Source of the DNA: Phenylobacterium sp.
GTDB taxonomy: Bacteria; Pseudomonadota; Alphaproteobacteria; Caulobacterales; Caulobacteraceae
Reading direction: 5' to 3'
NCBI RefSeq assembly: GCF_004799395.1
Contig: NZ_SSMZ01000080.1
Span: forward strand, 5,705 to 69,704
DNA: 64,000 bases
Below the pieces are notes generated by a model. The model searched no databases, was not told where the DNA came from, and worked only from the letters and a program-made list of their open reading frames with translations. Position numbers and translations under genes: made by a program. Positions 1-9,477 of the stretch are shown here, one piece after another. Within the stretch, counting starts at the first letter, position 1; every line of letters starts with the position of its first letter.

Positions 1-692
1 GCTTGGGCTGCGATGCGGGCGAAGTTGATCGAGTTGACGCCCGACAGGTCCACGGCCTGGCGCAGGCTCTCGTCCTGGAAGGCGGCCTTCACGATGGCCT
101 GGCAGTCGTCGAACGAGCCCCTCACCGCCACGCAGGCGACGTTGGATTCCGTGGCCGTGGTCATGAAGCGGCGCTGCACCTCGCTGATGCGGCCTTCCGG
201 GAAGAGCGCGACCACCTTGACGTTCTTGCGGCCGCGGAAGGCCTCGACCGCCGCGCCGCCGGTGTCGCCGGAGGTCGCGCAGAGGATGGTCTGGGTGCGC
301 CCCTGCCCGCCCAGCAAATGGTCGTAGAGCCGGGCCAGGATCTGCATGGCCACGTCCTTGAAGGCGAGGCTCGGACCGTGGAACAGCTCGGCCAGGAAGA
401 CCTCGGGCGCGAGTTGCACCAGCGGCACGACCGCCGAGTGGGTGAACGTCGAATAGGCCTCGTGGCACATTTCGCGCAGATCGGCCGCGGCGATCTCGCC
501 GTCGGCGAAGGCCCCGATCACCTTGGCGGCGACTTCCGCGTAGGGCTTGCCCGCGAAGCCGGCGATCTCGGTGGCGCTGAACTTCGGCCAGGTCTGCGGC
601 ACATAGAGGCCGCCGTCCGGCGCGAGCCCGCCCAGGACCGCGTCGACAAAGCCCACGTGGGGCGCACTGCCCCGGGTGGAGACGTAGCGCAT
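1..692 (-). CDS. thrC: Threonine synthase (5' part; runs off the window start)
   Basis: Not in the ORF track. The minus strand from ATG at 692 reads MRYVSTRGSAP...LAPDGGLYVP...ELFHGPSLAFKDVAMQ...ATSGDTGGAA. The start overlaps the SURF1 stop (TGATG). Confidence 0.95.
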   Translation of the reverse strand, partial: MRYVSTRGSAPHVGFVDAVLGGLAPDGGLYVPQTWPKFSATEIAGFAGKPYAEVAAKVIGAFADGEIAAADLREMCHEAYSTFTHSAVVPLVQLAPEVFLAELFHGPSLAFKDVAMQILARLYDHLLGGQGRTQTILCATSGDTGGAAVEAFRGRKNVKVVALFPEGRISEVQRRFMTTATESNVACVAVRGSFDDCQAIVKAAFQDESLRQAVDLSGVNSINFARIAAQ

Positions 693-1453
693 CAACCTCT
701 CATTCGCTTGAAGACCGCGGCGCCATAGACGCCGGCCAGGGCGCCGGCAAGGCCGAACCAGGTGAGCGCGTATTCCAGGTGCCGGTTGGGGATGTCCACC
801 GGGAAGGGCGCGGGGATCAGCCCCTTGAAGTCCGGGTTGGTCGAGGTCTCCGCCATCAGGAACAAGGGCGCGACCGGCTGGTCTGCGCCCAGCGCGGCTG
901 CCATCTTCCTGGCGTCGTGAAGATACCACTTGGTCGGCGTGGCGGGCGGGGTGGTGAAGTTGCCGCGTTCTCCGGGGCGCAGGACGCCGGTCACCTCGAC
1001 GGGATCGAGGATCGTCGGATCGGGCAGCGGCCGCGCCGTCACCGTGTCGGGGATGAAGCCGCGGTCCACCAGGATGGAGCGGTAGACCCCGCTCACCACC
1101 GGGCAGGCCGAGATCAGGCGGGCGCCGATCTGGCCCTCGCGCAGGCTATAGAGCTCCAGCGCCTTGGCCCGCGCCAAGCCCGGGCAGGTGACCTTCACGC
1201 GGACGAACTCCTCGTTGTGGCCCAGCGCCAAGGCGTCCAGCACCGGCGCGAGCGGCACGGCCGGAGCGGCCTCGGCGTGGGCGATGCCGGCCAGCAGGGC
1301 CTCTTTCCATTTCAGCCGCTGCAGCTGCCAGACGCCAAGTCCGATGAGGATCGCAAACGCGATGACCGTGGCGAGGGTCAGGCCGACGGGAAAGCCCTTC
1401 GCCGCGGGCCTGGCGGCCCGCGGCTCGATCTGCGGCTCCCAGGCGCTAGCCAT
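692..1453 (-). CDS. SURF1-family cytochrome c oxidase assembly protein
   Basis: LGVWQLQRLKWK, LVDRGFIP and NRHLEYALTWFGLA motifs; lies at the end of the cox operon. Confidence 0.93.
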   Translation of the reverse strand: MASAWEPQIEPRAARPAAKGFPVGLTLATVIAFAILIGLGVWQLQRLKWKEALLAGIAHAEAAPAVPLAPVLDALALGHNEEFVRVKVTCPGLARAKALELYSLREGQIGARLISACPVVSGVYRSILVDRGFIPDTVTARPLPDPTILDPVEVTGVLRPGERGNFTTPPATPTKWYLHDARKMAAALGADQPVAPLFLMAETSTNPDFKGLIPAPFPVDIPNRHLEYALTWFGLAGALAGVYGAAVFKRMRG

Positions 1454-1802
1454 GGCGCGATTGCGAGGCCTTGTTCTTGAACTGCGCGGCCAGCATCAGG
1501 CCCTTCATGGGTCTGAGCAGCACCAGCACGATGACCAGGGTCATCGGCAGCCAGATCAGCAGGGTGAGCCAGACCGGCGTCCTGAACGCCACCATGGTGA
1601 AGAGCGCCCCGAAGGCGACGATCAGGCCGGCGATCAGGATCACGAAGACGGCCGGGCCGTCGCCGCTGTCGGCCGCGGCCAAGTCGAATCCGCAGGCCTC
1701 GCAAAGCGGCGAGACCTTCAGGAAGCCCTCGAACAAGTGACCCTCTCCGCAGTTGGGGCAGCGTCCGGCTGCGCCCGACAGCAGAGGATCAGGCTTGCTC
1801 AT
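1446..1802 (-). CDS. DUF983 family membrane protein
   Basis: C-terminal part of ORF 1446..2489: MSKPDPLLSGAAGRCPNCGEGHLF...CEACG...DSGDGPAVFVI plus two TM helices. ATG overlaps the ctaE stop. Confidence 0.88.
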   Translation of the reverse strand: MSKPDPLLSGAAGRCPNCGEGHLFEGFLKVSPLCEACGFDLAAADSGDGPAVFVILIAGLIVAFGALFTMVAFRTPVWLTLLIWLPMTLVIVLVLLRPMKGLMLAAQFKNKASQSRHG

Positions 1803-2680
1803 CCAGGCGATCCGACGTGCGTCCCAAAGATCACGTAGATGAAGGCGAACAGGAACAGCCAGACCACGTCGACGAAGTGCCAGTACCAGGCGGCCGCCTC
1901 GAAGCCGAAGTGCTTCTGAGGCGTGAAGCCGCCGGCCAGCAACCGCGCCAGGCAGACGGTCAGGAAGATCGTCCCGATCAGCACGTGGAAGCCGTGGAAG
2001 CCGGTGGCCATGAAGAACGACGAGCCATAGAGGCCGGAGTTGGCCTGGCCCTCGCCACCGAAGAAGTACTTGTGTTCGAGGATGTGGTTGTACTCGTAGG
2101 CCTGGATCGAGGTGAACAGCACCCCCAGGCAGATGGTCAGGAAGAGGCCGATCTTCGCGCCCTTGCGGTCGCCGGTCTGCAGCGCGTGGTGCGCCCAGGT
2201 GACCGTCGTGCCCGAGAGCAGCAGGGTCAGCGTATTGACCAGAGGCAACTGGAACGCCGGCACGGTCTCGACGCCCTTCGGCGGCCAAGTGGCCCAGGCG
2301 GCGCGCACGTCGTCGATGGAGGAGGCGGCGCGCACATGATGGAACAGCGCCATCTCGAAGAAGATCCAGAACCACGCGACGAAGAACATCACCTCCGAGG
2401 CGATGAACAGGATCATCCCGTAGCGCAGGCCAATGGAGACCACGGGGGTGTGATCGCCCTCGTTGGCCTCGATCACCACGTCGCGCCACCAGACGATCAT
2501 CGTGAACAGCACGCCGGCCAGGCCGGCGAAGAACAGCCAGGAGGTGTGCGCCGGAAGGCCGAACAGGCCCTTCATCCAGGCGACGCCGCCCATCGCCATC
2601 GCCACCGCCGAGATCGAGCCGATCAGCGGCCAGGGCGACGGATTGACCAGGTGGTAGTCGTGCTTCACGCCTGCGGCCAT
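1799..2680 (-). CDS. ctaE: Cytochrome c oxidase subunit III
   Basis: HDYHLVNPSPWP, GFHGFHV and AAWYWHFVDVVWLFLF motifs. Confidence 0.97.
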   Translation of the reverse strand: MAAGVKHDYHLVNPSPWPLIGSISAVAMAMGGVAWMKGLFGLPAHTSWLFFAGLAGVLFTMIVWWRDVVIEANEGDHTPVVSIGLRYGMILFIASEVMFFVAWFWIFFEMALFHHVRAASSIDDVRAAWATWPPKGVETVPAFQLPLVNTLTLLLSGTTVTWAHHALQTGDRKGAKIGLFLTICLGVLFTSIQAYEYNHILEHKYFFGGEGQANSGLYGSSFFMATGFHGFHVLIGTIFLTVCLARLLAGGFTPQKHFGFEAAAWYWHFVDVVWLFLFAFIYVIFGTHVGSPG

Positions 2681-2760
2681 CGGTGGTCCTAGTCCCTCAC
2701 AAATCCCGCGGCCCGAGGCGCGCAGACTCAGGCCCGCGCGGATAGACCGGTTCGCGTCAC

Positions 2761-2790
2761 GCTATAGCCCTGCCGCGCGGGGTCCGCCAA
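2761..2790 (-). promoter_or_regulatory. Putative internal sigma70 promoter for ctaE
   Basis: Minus strand TTGGCG-N16-GCTATAGC, resembling the Caulobacter housekeeping consensus TTGACG-N16-GCTANAWC, about 80 nt upstream of ctaE. Confidence 0.55.
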
Positions 2791-2828
2791 GGGGAAACGG
2801 GCGCTCCATCCGCCGGCTTCGCCGGGGA

Positions 2829-3029
2829 TCACGCCGGTTGGCGTCCTTCGGGTGTGGAGACGTGCTCGGCGAGGAGCCGCTTGACCATCGCCAGGCACTG
2901 ATCCGGGGCGGGGGCCAGCAGCAGATGGCCGCAGTTCGCGACCCGCGCGAACTCGGCCTTGCCGGGATAGGCGGTCGCCAGGACGAAGCTGTCGACCTCG
3001 TCCCAGATGTTGGTCGCCAGGCCATGCAT
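2829..3029 (-). pseudogene. Short ORF resembling the C-terminal fragment of an alpha/beta hydrolase
   Basis: ...AYPGKAEFARVANCGHLLLAPAPDQCLAMVKRLL resembles the catalytic-His loop and last helix of alpha/beta hydrolases; the rest of the fold is missing. Confidence 0.45.
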
Positions 3030-3045
3030 CTGCCGGCGCGGCGCG

Positions 3046-3663
3046 CTATTCGGTGGCCCGGGCGGGGCTTTCGCCTGCCTTCGCCCCGGCCGCCGGCTTC
3101 ACATCCGTGGCGGGGAAGAAGGTGTAGGACAGGGTGATGATCTTGCCGCCCTTGGTCTCGAAGTCCGAGGCGTATTTCGGATCGACGAAATAGAGCACCG
3201 GCATCTCCACCGTGGCGCCGGCCGCCACCGTCTGGTCGGAGAAACAGAAGCAGGAGAGTTTGCGGAAATAGACCCCGGCCTGGTCGGGGGCGACGTTGAA
3301 CACCGCCCGCGCGGTCACCGGATGGTCGGCGTGGTTGGTGACCTTGAAGATCGCGACCTTGGTCTCTCCGATCTTCACCGTCTGCGAACTCTGCTCCGGC
3401 GAGAAATCCCAGGGCAGGCCGCGGACGTTGGTGTCGAAATGGATCTCCAGCGCCTGGTCCAGCACCTGGCCCGGCGCGGTCTCGGCCTTGCGGATGGTGC
3501 CGCCGTAGCCGGTCGCCTGGCAGAAGGCGCGATAGAAGGGGATAGCCGCATAGGCCGCGCCGACCATGCCCACGAAGACGACGCCGCAGATCGCGGCCAC
3601 GCGGCCGTTGCGGCTCATCCGGCGGCGCTTGGGCGCAGGCTCAGAAGGGCTGGCGTGCGACAC
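3046..3663 (-). CDS. ctaG: Cytochrome c oxidase assembly copper chaperone CtaG/Cox11
   Basis: FCQATGYGGT, CFCF and MPVLYFVDP motifs. The start could alternatively be the ATG at 3618. Confidence 0.95.
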   Translation of the reverse strand: MSHASPSEPAPKRRRMSRNGRVAAICGVVFVGMVGAAYAAIPFYRAFCQATGYGGTIRKAETAPGQVLDQALEIHFDTNVRGLPWDFSPEQSSQTVKIGETKVAIFKVTNHADHPVTARAVFNVAPDQAGVYFRKLSCFCFSDQTVAAGATVEMPVLYFVDPKYASDFETKGGKIITLSYTFFPATDVKPAAGAKAGESPARATE

Positions 3664-3793
3664 TGGCGCCGAGCTTCACGATGGTGACCACGAAGACCAG
3701 GACGACGAAGATCGCCAGCCCCAGGGCCAGTGCGATGTTGCGACCGCGCCTCGCACGGGCCTCGGCGTCGGATTCGCGGGCAGGGTCGCTCAT
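3641..3793 (-). CDS. Small single-TM cox-operon protein (CoxF-like, 50 aa)
   Basis: Not in the ORF track. Reads [53 protein letters not shown] overlaps the ctaB stop; typical position between ctaB and ctaG. Confidence 0.8.
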   Translation of the reverse strand: MSDPARESDAEARARRGRNIALALGLAIFVVLVFVVTIVKLGASVARQPF

Positions 3794-4779
3794 AGCAGCA
3801 GGTCCAGGGGCTTCACGCCCATCAGATGCTCGCCCAGCAGGGTCGCGAACAGCAGGGTCAGGTATAGGATGGAGAAGGCGAACAGGTTGCGCGCGTCCTT
3901 GGCGCCGGCCTTGACGTCGTAAAGACCGTCATCCTTGCGCTGCGCCTGGGCGTCGCCAGCGCGGCTGCGGAACAGGCGCACGGCCAGGAGCAGGAAAACC
4001 AGGCCGCCGAGGGCCGCCACCGCCAGATAGACCGGCCCGCCAAGGCCGGTGAGCACCGGGGTCAGGCAGAGCGGCGTGAAGAGCAGGCTGTAGATCAGGA
4101 TCTGCTTGCGGGTCGACTTGGCGCCGGCCACCAGAGGCATCATCGGCACGCCGGCCTTCTTGTAGTCCTCGCTGGTGTAGAGGCTCAGCGCCCAGAAATG
4201 CGGCGGCGTCCACATGAAGATGATGGCGCAGAGGATCCAGGCGTTGAGCGGCACGGTCCCGGTCGCCGCGGCCCAGCCGATCACCGGCGGCAGCGCGCCG
4301 GCCAGCCCGCCGATGACGATATTCTGCGCCGTCCAGCGCTTCAGCCAGACGGTGTAGACGACCGCATAGAAGAAGATCGTGAAGGCCAGCAGGCCTGCCG
4401 CCAGCCAGTTCAGCGCCATGCCCATCAGCATGACCGAGAACATCGACAGCACCACGCCCAGGGCCAGCGCGTCGGCGCCCTGCACTCGGCCCGCCGGCAC
4501 CGGGCGGCCGCGGGTGCGCCGCATCTTGGCGTCGATGTCGGCGTCGTACCACATGTTGAGCGCGCCCGACGCCCCGGCCCCGACCGCGATACAGAGGATC
4601 GCCACGCCGGCCAGGAACGGGTGCACGGGCTGGCCGGCGCAGACCAGGCCGGTGAGGCCGGTGAACACCACCAGCGACATCACGCGCGGCTTCAGGAGCT
4701 GCAGGAAGTCCTGCCAGCGGGCGGGCGCCCGCACGGCGGGCGTCTTGGCGGCAGTGGAGAGGGCCTCGGACATGGCCAT
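3790..4779 (-). CDS. ctaB: Protoheme IX farnesyltransferase (heme o synthase)
   Basis: [28 protein letters not shown] and WTPPHFWAL motifs. Confidence 0.96.
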   Translation of the reverse strand: MAMSEALSTAAKTPAVRAPARWQDFLQLLKPRVMSLVVFTGLTGLVCAGQPVHPFLAGVAILCIAVGAGASGALNMWYDADIDAKMRRTRGRPVPAGRVQGADALALGVVLSMFSVMLMGMALNWLAAGLLAFTIFFYAVVYTVWLKRWTAQNIVIGGLAGALPPVIGWAAATGTVPLNAWILCAIIFMWTPPHFWALSLYTSEDYKKAGVPMMPLVAGAKSTRKQILIYSLLFTPLCLTPVLTGLGGPVYLAVAALGGLVFLLLAVRLFRSRAGDAQAQRKDDGLYDVKAGAKDARNLFAFSILYLTLLFATLLGEHLMGVKPLDLLL

Positions 4780-4861
4780 CGGACATTACTCTTAAAATGG
4801 TCGAGGGGCGCGAACCTTGCGATGCGCGCCCCTCGGATGGTGTTGGGTGGGAAGCTTGGCC

Positions 4862-6538
4862 CTAGTGGCTGTCGGCCGTGACCACCGGCAGTTCGTTGAA
4901 CTGGTGGAACGGCGGCGGCGAGGGCAGCGTCCATTCCAGCGTCGTGGCGCCTTCGCCCCAGGGGTTGGCCTCGGCCTTGCGGCGGAAGACCATGGCGTCG
5001 ATCAGGACGACCAGGAAGACGCCGACGCCCACCAGGGTGATCGCGTAGCCGATCGAGGACACCTTGTTCCAGAAGGCGAAGCCCTCCGGATAGTCCACGT
5101 AGCGGCGCGGCATGCCTTGCAGGCCCAGGAAGTGCTGCGGGAAGAAGATCACGTTCACGCCGATGAAGGTGATCCAGAAGTGCAGCGCGCCCAGCCACTC
5201 GCGGTACTTCACGCCCCACATCTTCTCGAACCAGTAGTAGAAGCCGGCGAAGATCGCGAACACCGCACCCAGGCTCAGCACGTAGTGGAAGTGCGCCACC
5301 ACGTAGTAGGTGTCCTGGAATTGGTAGTCGACGCCGGCGTTGGCCAGGACGACGCCGGTGACGCCGCCCAGAGTGAACAGGAAGATGAAGCCGATCGCCC
5401 AGAGCATGGGCGTCTTGAAGTCGATCGACCCGCCCCACATCGTGGCGATCCAGCTGAACACCTTCACGCCCGTGGGCACGGCGATGACCATGGTGGCCGC
5501 CACGAAGTAGGCGGTCAGGTTCACGTTCATGCCCGTGGTGAACATGTGGTGCGCCCACACCAGGAAGCCGATGAAGCCGATGGCGACCATGGCGTAGGCC
5601 ATGGCGAGGTAGCCGAAGACCGGCTTGCGGCTGAAGGTCGACACGATGTGGCTGATCATGCCGAAGCCCGGCAGGATCAGGATGTAGACCTCGGGGTGAC
5701 CGAAGAACCAGAACAGGTGCTGGTACATGACGGGGTCGCCGCCGCCGGCCGCATCGAAGAAGTGGGTGTGGAAGTTGCGGTCGGTGAGCAGCATGGTGAT
5801 CGCGCCGGCCAGGACGGGCAGCGAGAGCAGCAGCAGGAACACCGTCACCAGGATCGACCACACGAACAGCGGCATGCGGTGGAGCGTCATGCCCGGCGCA
5901 CGCATGTTGAAGATGGTGGTGATGAAGTTGATGGCGCCGAGGATGGAGCTGGCGCCGGCCAGGTGGATCGAGAGAATCACGCAGTCCATCGCCGGCCCTG
6001 TGTGACCCGAGGTCGACAGGGGCGCGTACATGGTCCAGCCGCCGCCGAAGCCCCGGCCCGGCCCGCCGTCCACGAACATGGATGTGCAGAGCATGATCCA
6101 CGAGGCGACCAGCAGCCAGAACGAGATGTTGTTCATCCGCGGGAACGCCATGTCCGGCGCGCCGATCATCAGCGGCACGAACCAGTTGCCGAACCCGCCG
6201 ATCATCGCCGGCATGACCATGAAGAAGATCATGATCAGGGCGTGGGCGGTGACCACCACGTTGTAGCCGTGCTTGGATCCCTCGATCAGGCCGATCTGGG
6301 CGATCCAGCTGTGCGGCTGGAAGATCTGAATGCCAGGCTCATAGAGCTCCCAGCGGATCAGGCCCGACAAGGCGCCGCCCACCAGGCCCGCCATGATGGC
6401 GAACAGGATGTAGAGCGTGCCGATGTCCTTGTGGTTGGTGGAGAACAGCCAGCGGGTGATGAAGCCCGGCTTGTGGTCGTGACTGTCGTGCCCGTGAGCG
6501 TTTGGGCTGTCGTCGTGAGCGTGGGAGCCGTAGGCCAT
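4862..6538 (-). CDS. ctaD: Cytochrome c oxidase subunit I
   Basis: [25 protein letters not shown] and HFHYV motifs. Confidence 0.98.
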   Translation of the reverse strand: MAYGSHAHDDSPNAHGHDSHDHKPGFITRWLFSTNHKDIGTLYILFAIMAGLVGGALSGLIRWELYEPGIQIFQPHSWIAQIGLIEGSKHGYNVVVTAHALIMIFFMVMPAMIGGFGNWFVPLMIGAPDMAFPRMNNISFWLLVASWIMLCTSMFVDGGPGRGFGGGWTMYAPLSTSGHTGPAMDCVILSIHLAGASSILGAINFITTIFNMRAPGMTLHRMPLFVWSILVTVFLLLLSLPVLAGAITMLLTDRNFHTHFFDAAGGGDPVMYQHLFWFFGHPEVYILILPGFGMISHIVSTFSRKPVFGYLAMAYAMVAIGFIGFLVWAHHMFTTGMNVNLTAYFVAATMVIAVPTGVKVFSWIATMWGGSIDFKTPMLWAIGFIFLFTLGGVTGVVLANAGVDYQFQDTYYVVAHFHYVLSLGAVFAIFAGFYYWFEKMWGVKYREWLGALHFWITFIGVNVIFFPQHFLGLQGMPRRYVDYPEGFAFWNKVSSIGYAITLVGVGVFLVVLIDAMVFRRKAEANPWGEGATTLEWTLPSPPPFHQFNELPVVTADSH

Positions 6539-6556
6539 CTTACGCGGATCCTCGGA

Positions 6557-7552
6557 TCAATTCTTAACCGGCGCCAGGGGCGCAGGCTTGGTGGAAGGCG
6601 CGGGGGCCGCCGGATTGACCTGGGCGGTCGGCACGGCGGGAGCGGGAGCCGTCGCCGACGCCGGCGTGGCGGCGGCGCCGGCGCCGGCGGCCGGGGCGGC
6701 CGGCGGAGCGGCCGCGGCGGGTGGGGCCGAACCGATGGGCACGCCCTTCTTCGACAGAACCCAGGCGTCGAAATCGGCCTGGCTGACCACGTGCACCTCA
6801 ATGGGCATGAAGGCGTGGTCGACGCCGCAGAGCTCGCGGCAGGAGCCGTAGTAGGTGCCGATCCGGTCGACCTTGAACCAGGTCGAGTTCAGCCGCCCGG
6901 GCACCGCGTCCATGATCACCCCGAAGGCCGGCACGGCCCAGGCGTGGATCACGTCGGCGCCGGTGGTCAGGATCTGGACGGTCTGGTTGACCGGCACCAC
7001 GAGGGGCTCGGTCGCCGCGAGCTTGTAGGGCTTGCCGGCCGCCTTGGCCTTGTCCTCGGGCAGGATGTTGGCGATGAACTCCGGCATCTTCTGGTCGGGA
7101 TATTCGTAGCCCCAGTACCACTGATAGCCCGTGGCCTTCACGGTCATGTAGGGCTTGGGCATGTCGTGATATTCGAAGAGCAGCTTGAACGAGAAGACCG
7201 CGATGATCACCAGGATCAGCACGGGCACCAGCGTCCAGATCACCTCCAGCGGAGTGTTGTGGCTCCACTTGGCCGGCACCGGATTGGCCCGCTTGTTGTA
7301 GCGGATGATGATCCACAGCAGCAGCCCCAGCACGACCAGGGTGATGACCGTGATGATCGGGAACAGGATGTAGTTGTGGAAGAAGATGGCGTCATGCTTC
7401 AGGGGAGTGACCCCCGGCTGCATCATCACCGAGCCGTTCGTGGGCTGGCCGATCAGATCGTCCGCCAGCGCAGAAGCGCCCCAGAACGCCGTTAAAGCGC
7501 CTGTCGCGATCCCCGCCGCCAGCGCCCGCATTCCCTGAAACCTAGACTGCAT
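6557..7552 (-). CDS. ctaC: Cytochrome c oxidase subunit II
   Basis: GYQWYWGY, DVIHAW and the CuA motif CRELCGVDHAFM. Start trimmed to MQSRFQG; Ala/Pro-rich C-terminal tail. Confidence 0.95.
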   Translation of the reverse strand: MQSRFQGMRALAAGIATGALTAFWGASALADDLIGQPTNGSVMMQPGVTPLKHDAIFFHNYILFPIITVITLVVLGLLLWIIIRYNKRANPVPAKWSHNTPLEVIWTLVPVLILVIIAVFSFKLLFEYHDMPKPYMTVKATGYQWYWGYEYPDQKMPEFIANILPEDKAKAAGKPYKLAATEPLVVPVNQTVQILTTGADVIHAWAVPAFGVIMDAVPGRLNSTWFKVDRIGTYYGSCRELCGVDHAFMPIEVHVVSQADFDAWVLSKKGVPIGSAPPAAAAPPAAPAAGAGAAATPASATAPAPAVPTAQVNPAAPAPSTKPAPLAPVKN

Positions 7553-7796
7553 GTCCCCTCGGTCTGACTTGTCGGCTGCACCGCGCGAATCTGGCGATCC
7601 GGTCGACTGTACAGAACGGCGCGCGCGGACGCTCGCGCGCCGGCTTAGCCCTTCATCGCGGGTGCATACGCGCATCGCTTGGGCTTGCCAAGGCGCGAGC
7701 GCACGCCCATGGGCCGGCCATCCGTGACGTAAGCGCGCGAAGGCGCAGGCCGCCCGCTTTTCAGCCGTTTCAACGACTCGTGTTCGAAAGCCCCCC

Positions 7797-8174
7797 ATGC
7801 CGCTGAAGCCCCCGACCCATCTCCATCCGGACGAGGAGGCGGCGATCCGCAAAGCGTTCGATTCGCTGGTGAACCTGGAGCCCGCGGAGCTGAAGGCCTG
7901 GCTGGCGAAGCCGGAGAGCCTCAAGGTCGGCGTGATCCGCCGCGGCGAGACGGAATCGGTGGGCCGCCAGTCGGCGCGCAGGATCTTGGAGATCCGGGCC
8001 ACGCCGGTCGCCGACCTGACCGACGCCGACTACCGCCATATGAGGAAAGTGATCGGCTACTGCCGCCGACATCTGGCGCAACGCCCATGGGGAGACGTGA
8101 CCCAGACCCGCTGGCGCTGGAGCCTGATGAACTGGGGCCACGATCCCCTGCGCGGCCGGTGCGGAGAGGTCTGA
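7797..8174 (+). CDS. DUF3140 family protein
   Basis: ESVGRQSARRI, HMRKVIGYCRRH and WRWSLMNWGHDP motifs. Confidence 0.85.
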   Translation: MPLKPPTHLHPDEEAAIRKAFDSLVNLEPAELKAWLAKPESLKVGVIRRGETESVGRQSARRILEIRATPVADLTDADYRHMRKVIGYCRRHLAQRPWGDVTQTRWRWSLMNWGHDPLRGRCGEV

Positions 8175-8227
8175 CGGGGGCAAAAATGTGCAGTGTCGCG
8201 GACCGGAGTTCCGCGGCATGCTGCAGC

Positions 8228-9196
8228 ATGATGGGGACGACGGGCGCGGGTTCGAGGGCGTGGGGGCGCAGCGCCGCGGCGGTGTTGGCGACAGGAATCC
8301 TGGTCCTGGCCGGCGTCGCCGCGGCGCGACCGCGCCCGCCCGGCGGTGATCTGGAAGGTTTGTGGACCAACGTCACGGTCACGCCGATCGAGCGTCCAGC
8401 CGCCTTCGACGGCCCCACCACCACCGAAGCGAGGGCGAAGGCCTACGAGGCTTCCAACCCGCAGGCGTTCGGCGCCGCCGACATCGACGCGGTCGGCGGG
8501 CGGCAATCCGAATGGTGGGAGTACGGCGGCCCGATGATCCGCGTGGACGGCAAGATCCACACTGCCATGGTGGTCGAGCCGGCGGACGGCAAACTGCCCT
8601 ACACCGCCGCCGGGCGCACCCAGATGGAGAGCAGCCTGAAGAGCCGTATTGCAGGGTTAGATAACCCCGAGGATCGCCCCAGCACCGAGCGCTGCCTGAT
8701 GGGCGGCTCGAGCTCCTCCAGCGTGCCGATGATGCCGCACTGGGACAACAGCCTCTATCAGATCGTCCAGACCCGCGACTTCGTGACGATCCGCATGGAG
8801 TCCGGGCGGGACCCGCGGATCATCCGCCTGAACGCCGCGGCCCATCTGCCGCCGGCGATCCGCCCCTGGGCCGGCGATTCCATCGCCCACTGGGAAGGCC
8901 GCAGCCTGGTTGTCGAGACCACCAACCTGAACCCCGGCGAGGCGTTCAAATCGCCGCAGCCGCTCTATATCTCCAAGGATGCGAAGGTGACCGAACGGTT
9001 CACCCGGGTTTCGGCCGGCGAGATCGTCTACGACTTCGCGGTGGACGACCCAGCGATCTATAGCCGGCCCTGGCGCGGGCAGCTCATCTTCCACGCCGCC
9101 AAAGGACCGCTGTTCGAGTTCGCCTGCCATGAGGGGAACTACTCTCTGCCCGGCGTCCTGGCCGGCGCTCGCCACGACGAGGCGGCGGTAAAATAG
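8228..9196 (+). CDS. Secreted protein of unknown function (C-terminal ACHEGN family)
   Basis: Signal-peptide-like N-terminus; DLEGLW, GDSIAHWEGRSLVVETTN and FEFACHEGNY motifs. Start uncertain. Confidence 0.75.
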   Translation: MMGTTGAGSRAWGRSAAAVLATGILVLAGVAAARPRPPGGDLEGLWTNVTVTPIERPAAFDGPTTTEARAKAYEASNPQAFGAADIDAVGGRQSEWWEYGGPMIRVDGKIHTAMVVEPADGKLPYTAAGRTQMESSLKSRIAGLDNPEDRPSTERCLMGGSSSSSVPMMPHWDNSLYQIVQTRDFVTIRMESGRDPRIIRLNAAAHLPPAIRPWAGDSIAHWEGRSLVVETTNLNPGEAFKSPQPLYISKDAKVTERFTRVSAGEIVYDFAVDDPAIYSRPWRGQLIFHAAKGPLFEFACHEGNYSLPGVLAGARHDEAAVK

Positions 9197-9200
9197 AACT

Positions 9201-9232
9201 CCGCTCATCCCGGCGAACGCCGGGATGAGCGG
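9201..9232. repeat. REP-like perfect hairpin, possibly a terminator
   Basis: CCGCTCATCCCGGC-GAAC-GCCGGGATGAGCGG, a 14-bp stem starting 4 nt after a stop codon. Confidence 0.7.
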
Positions 9233-9477
9233 CATGGAAAATAGCCGCGCCGCCAAATCGCTCGAAATCCTTACCTTGCGCTAACCGCGGCGGGCAATTT
9301 TCACGCCTCGGCCGCGACCCCAAACGCGCCGACGTACTTGAGTACCGAGTATCCCCCGGCGCGCGCCCCCTCTCGCGCCGGGGTGATGCCGGTCCGTCCC
9401 AAGCCGTCACATCGAGATCTGCGCCCGCGACGCCGAAGCCGGGTGACGTGGACCGCCCGGCTCCCTATCTTTGCCGC

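Noticed and set aside
4817..7495. 892-aa plus-strand ORF and similar long ORFs (e.g. 13152..14924, 17410..19611, 59865..61847, 9301..10836)
   Set aside because: These are antisense or alternative-frame shadows of well-supported genes, expected at this GC content. They have no recognisable motifs.
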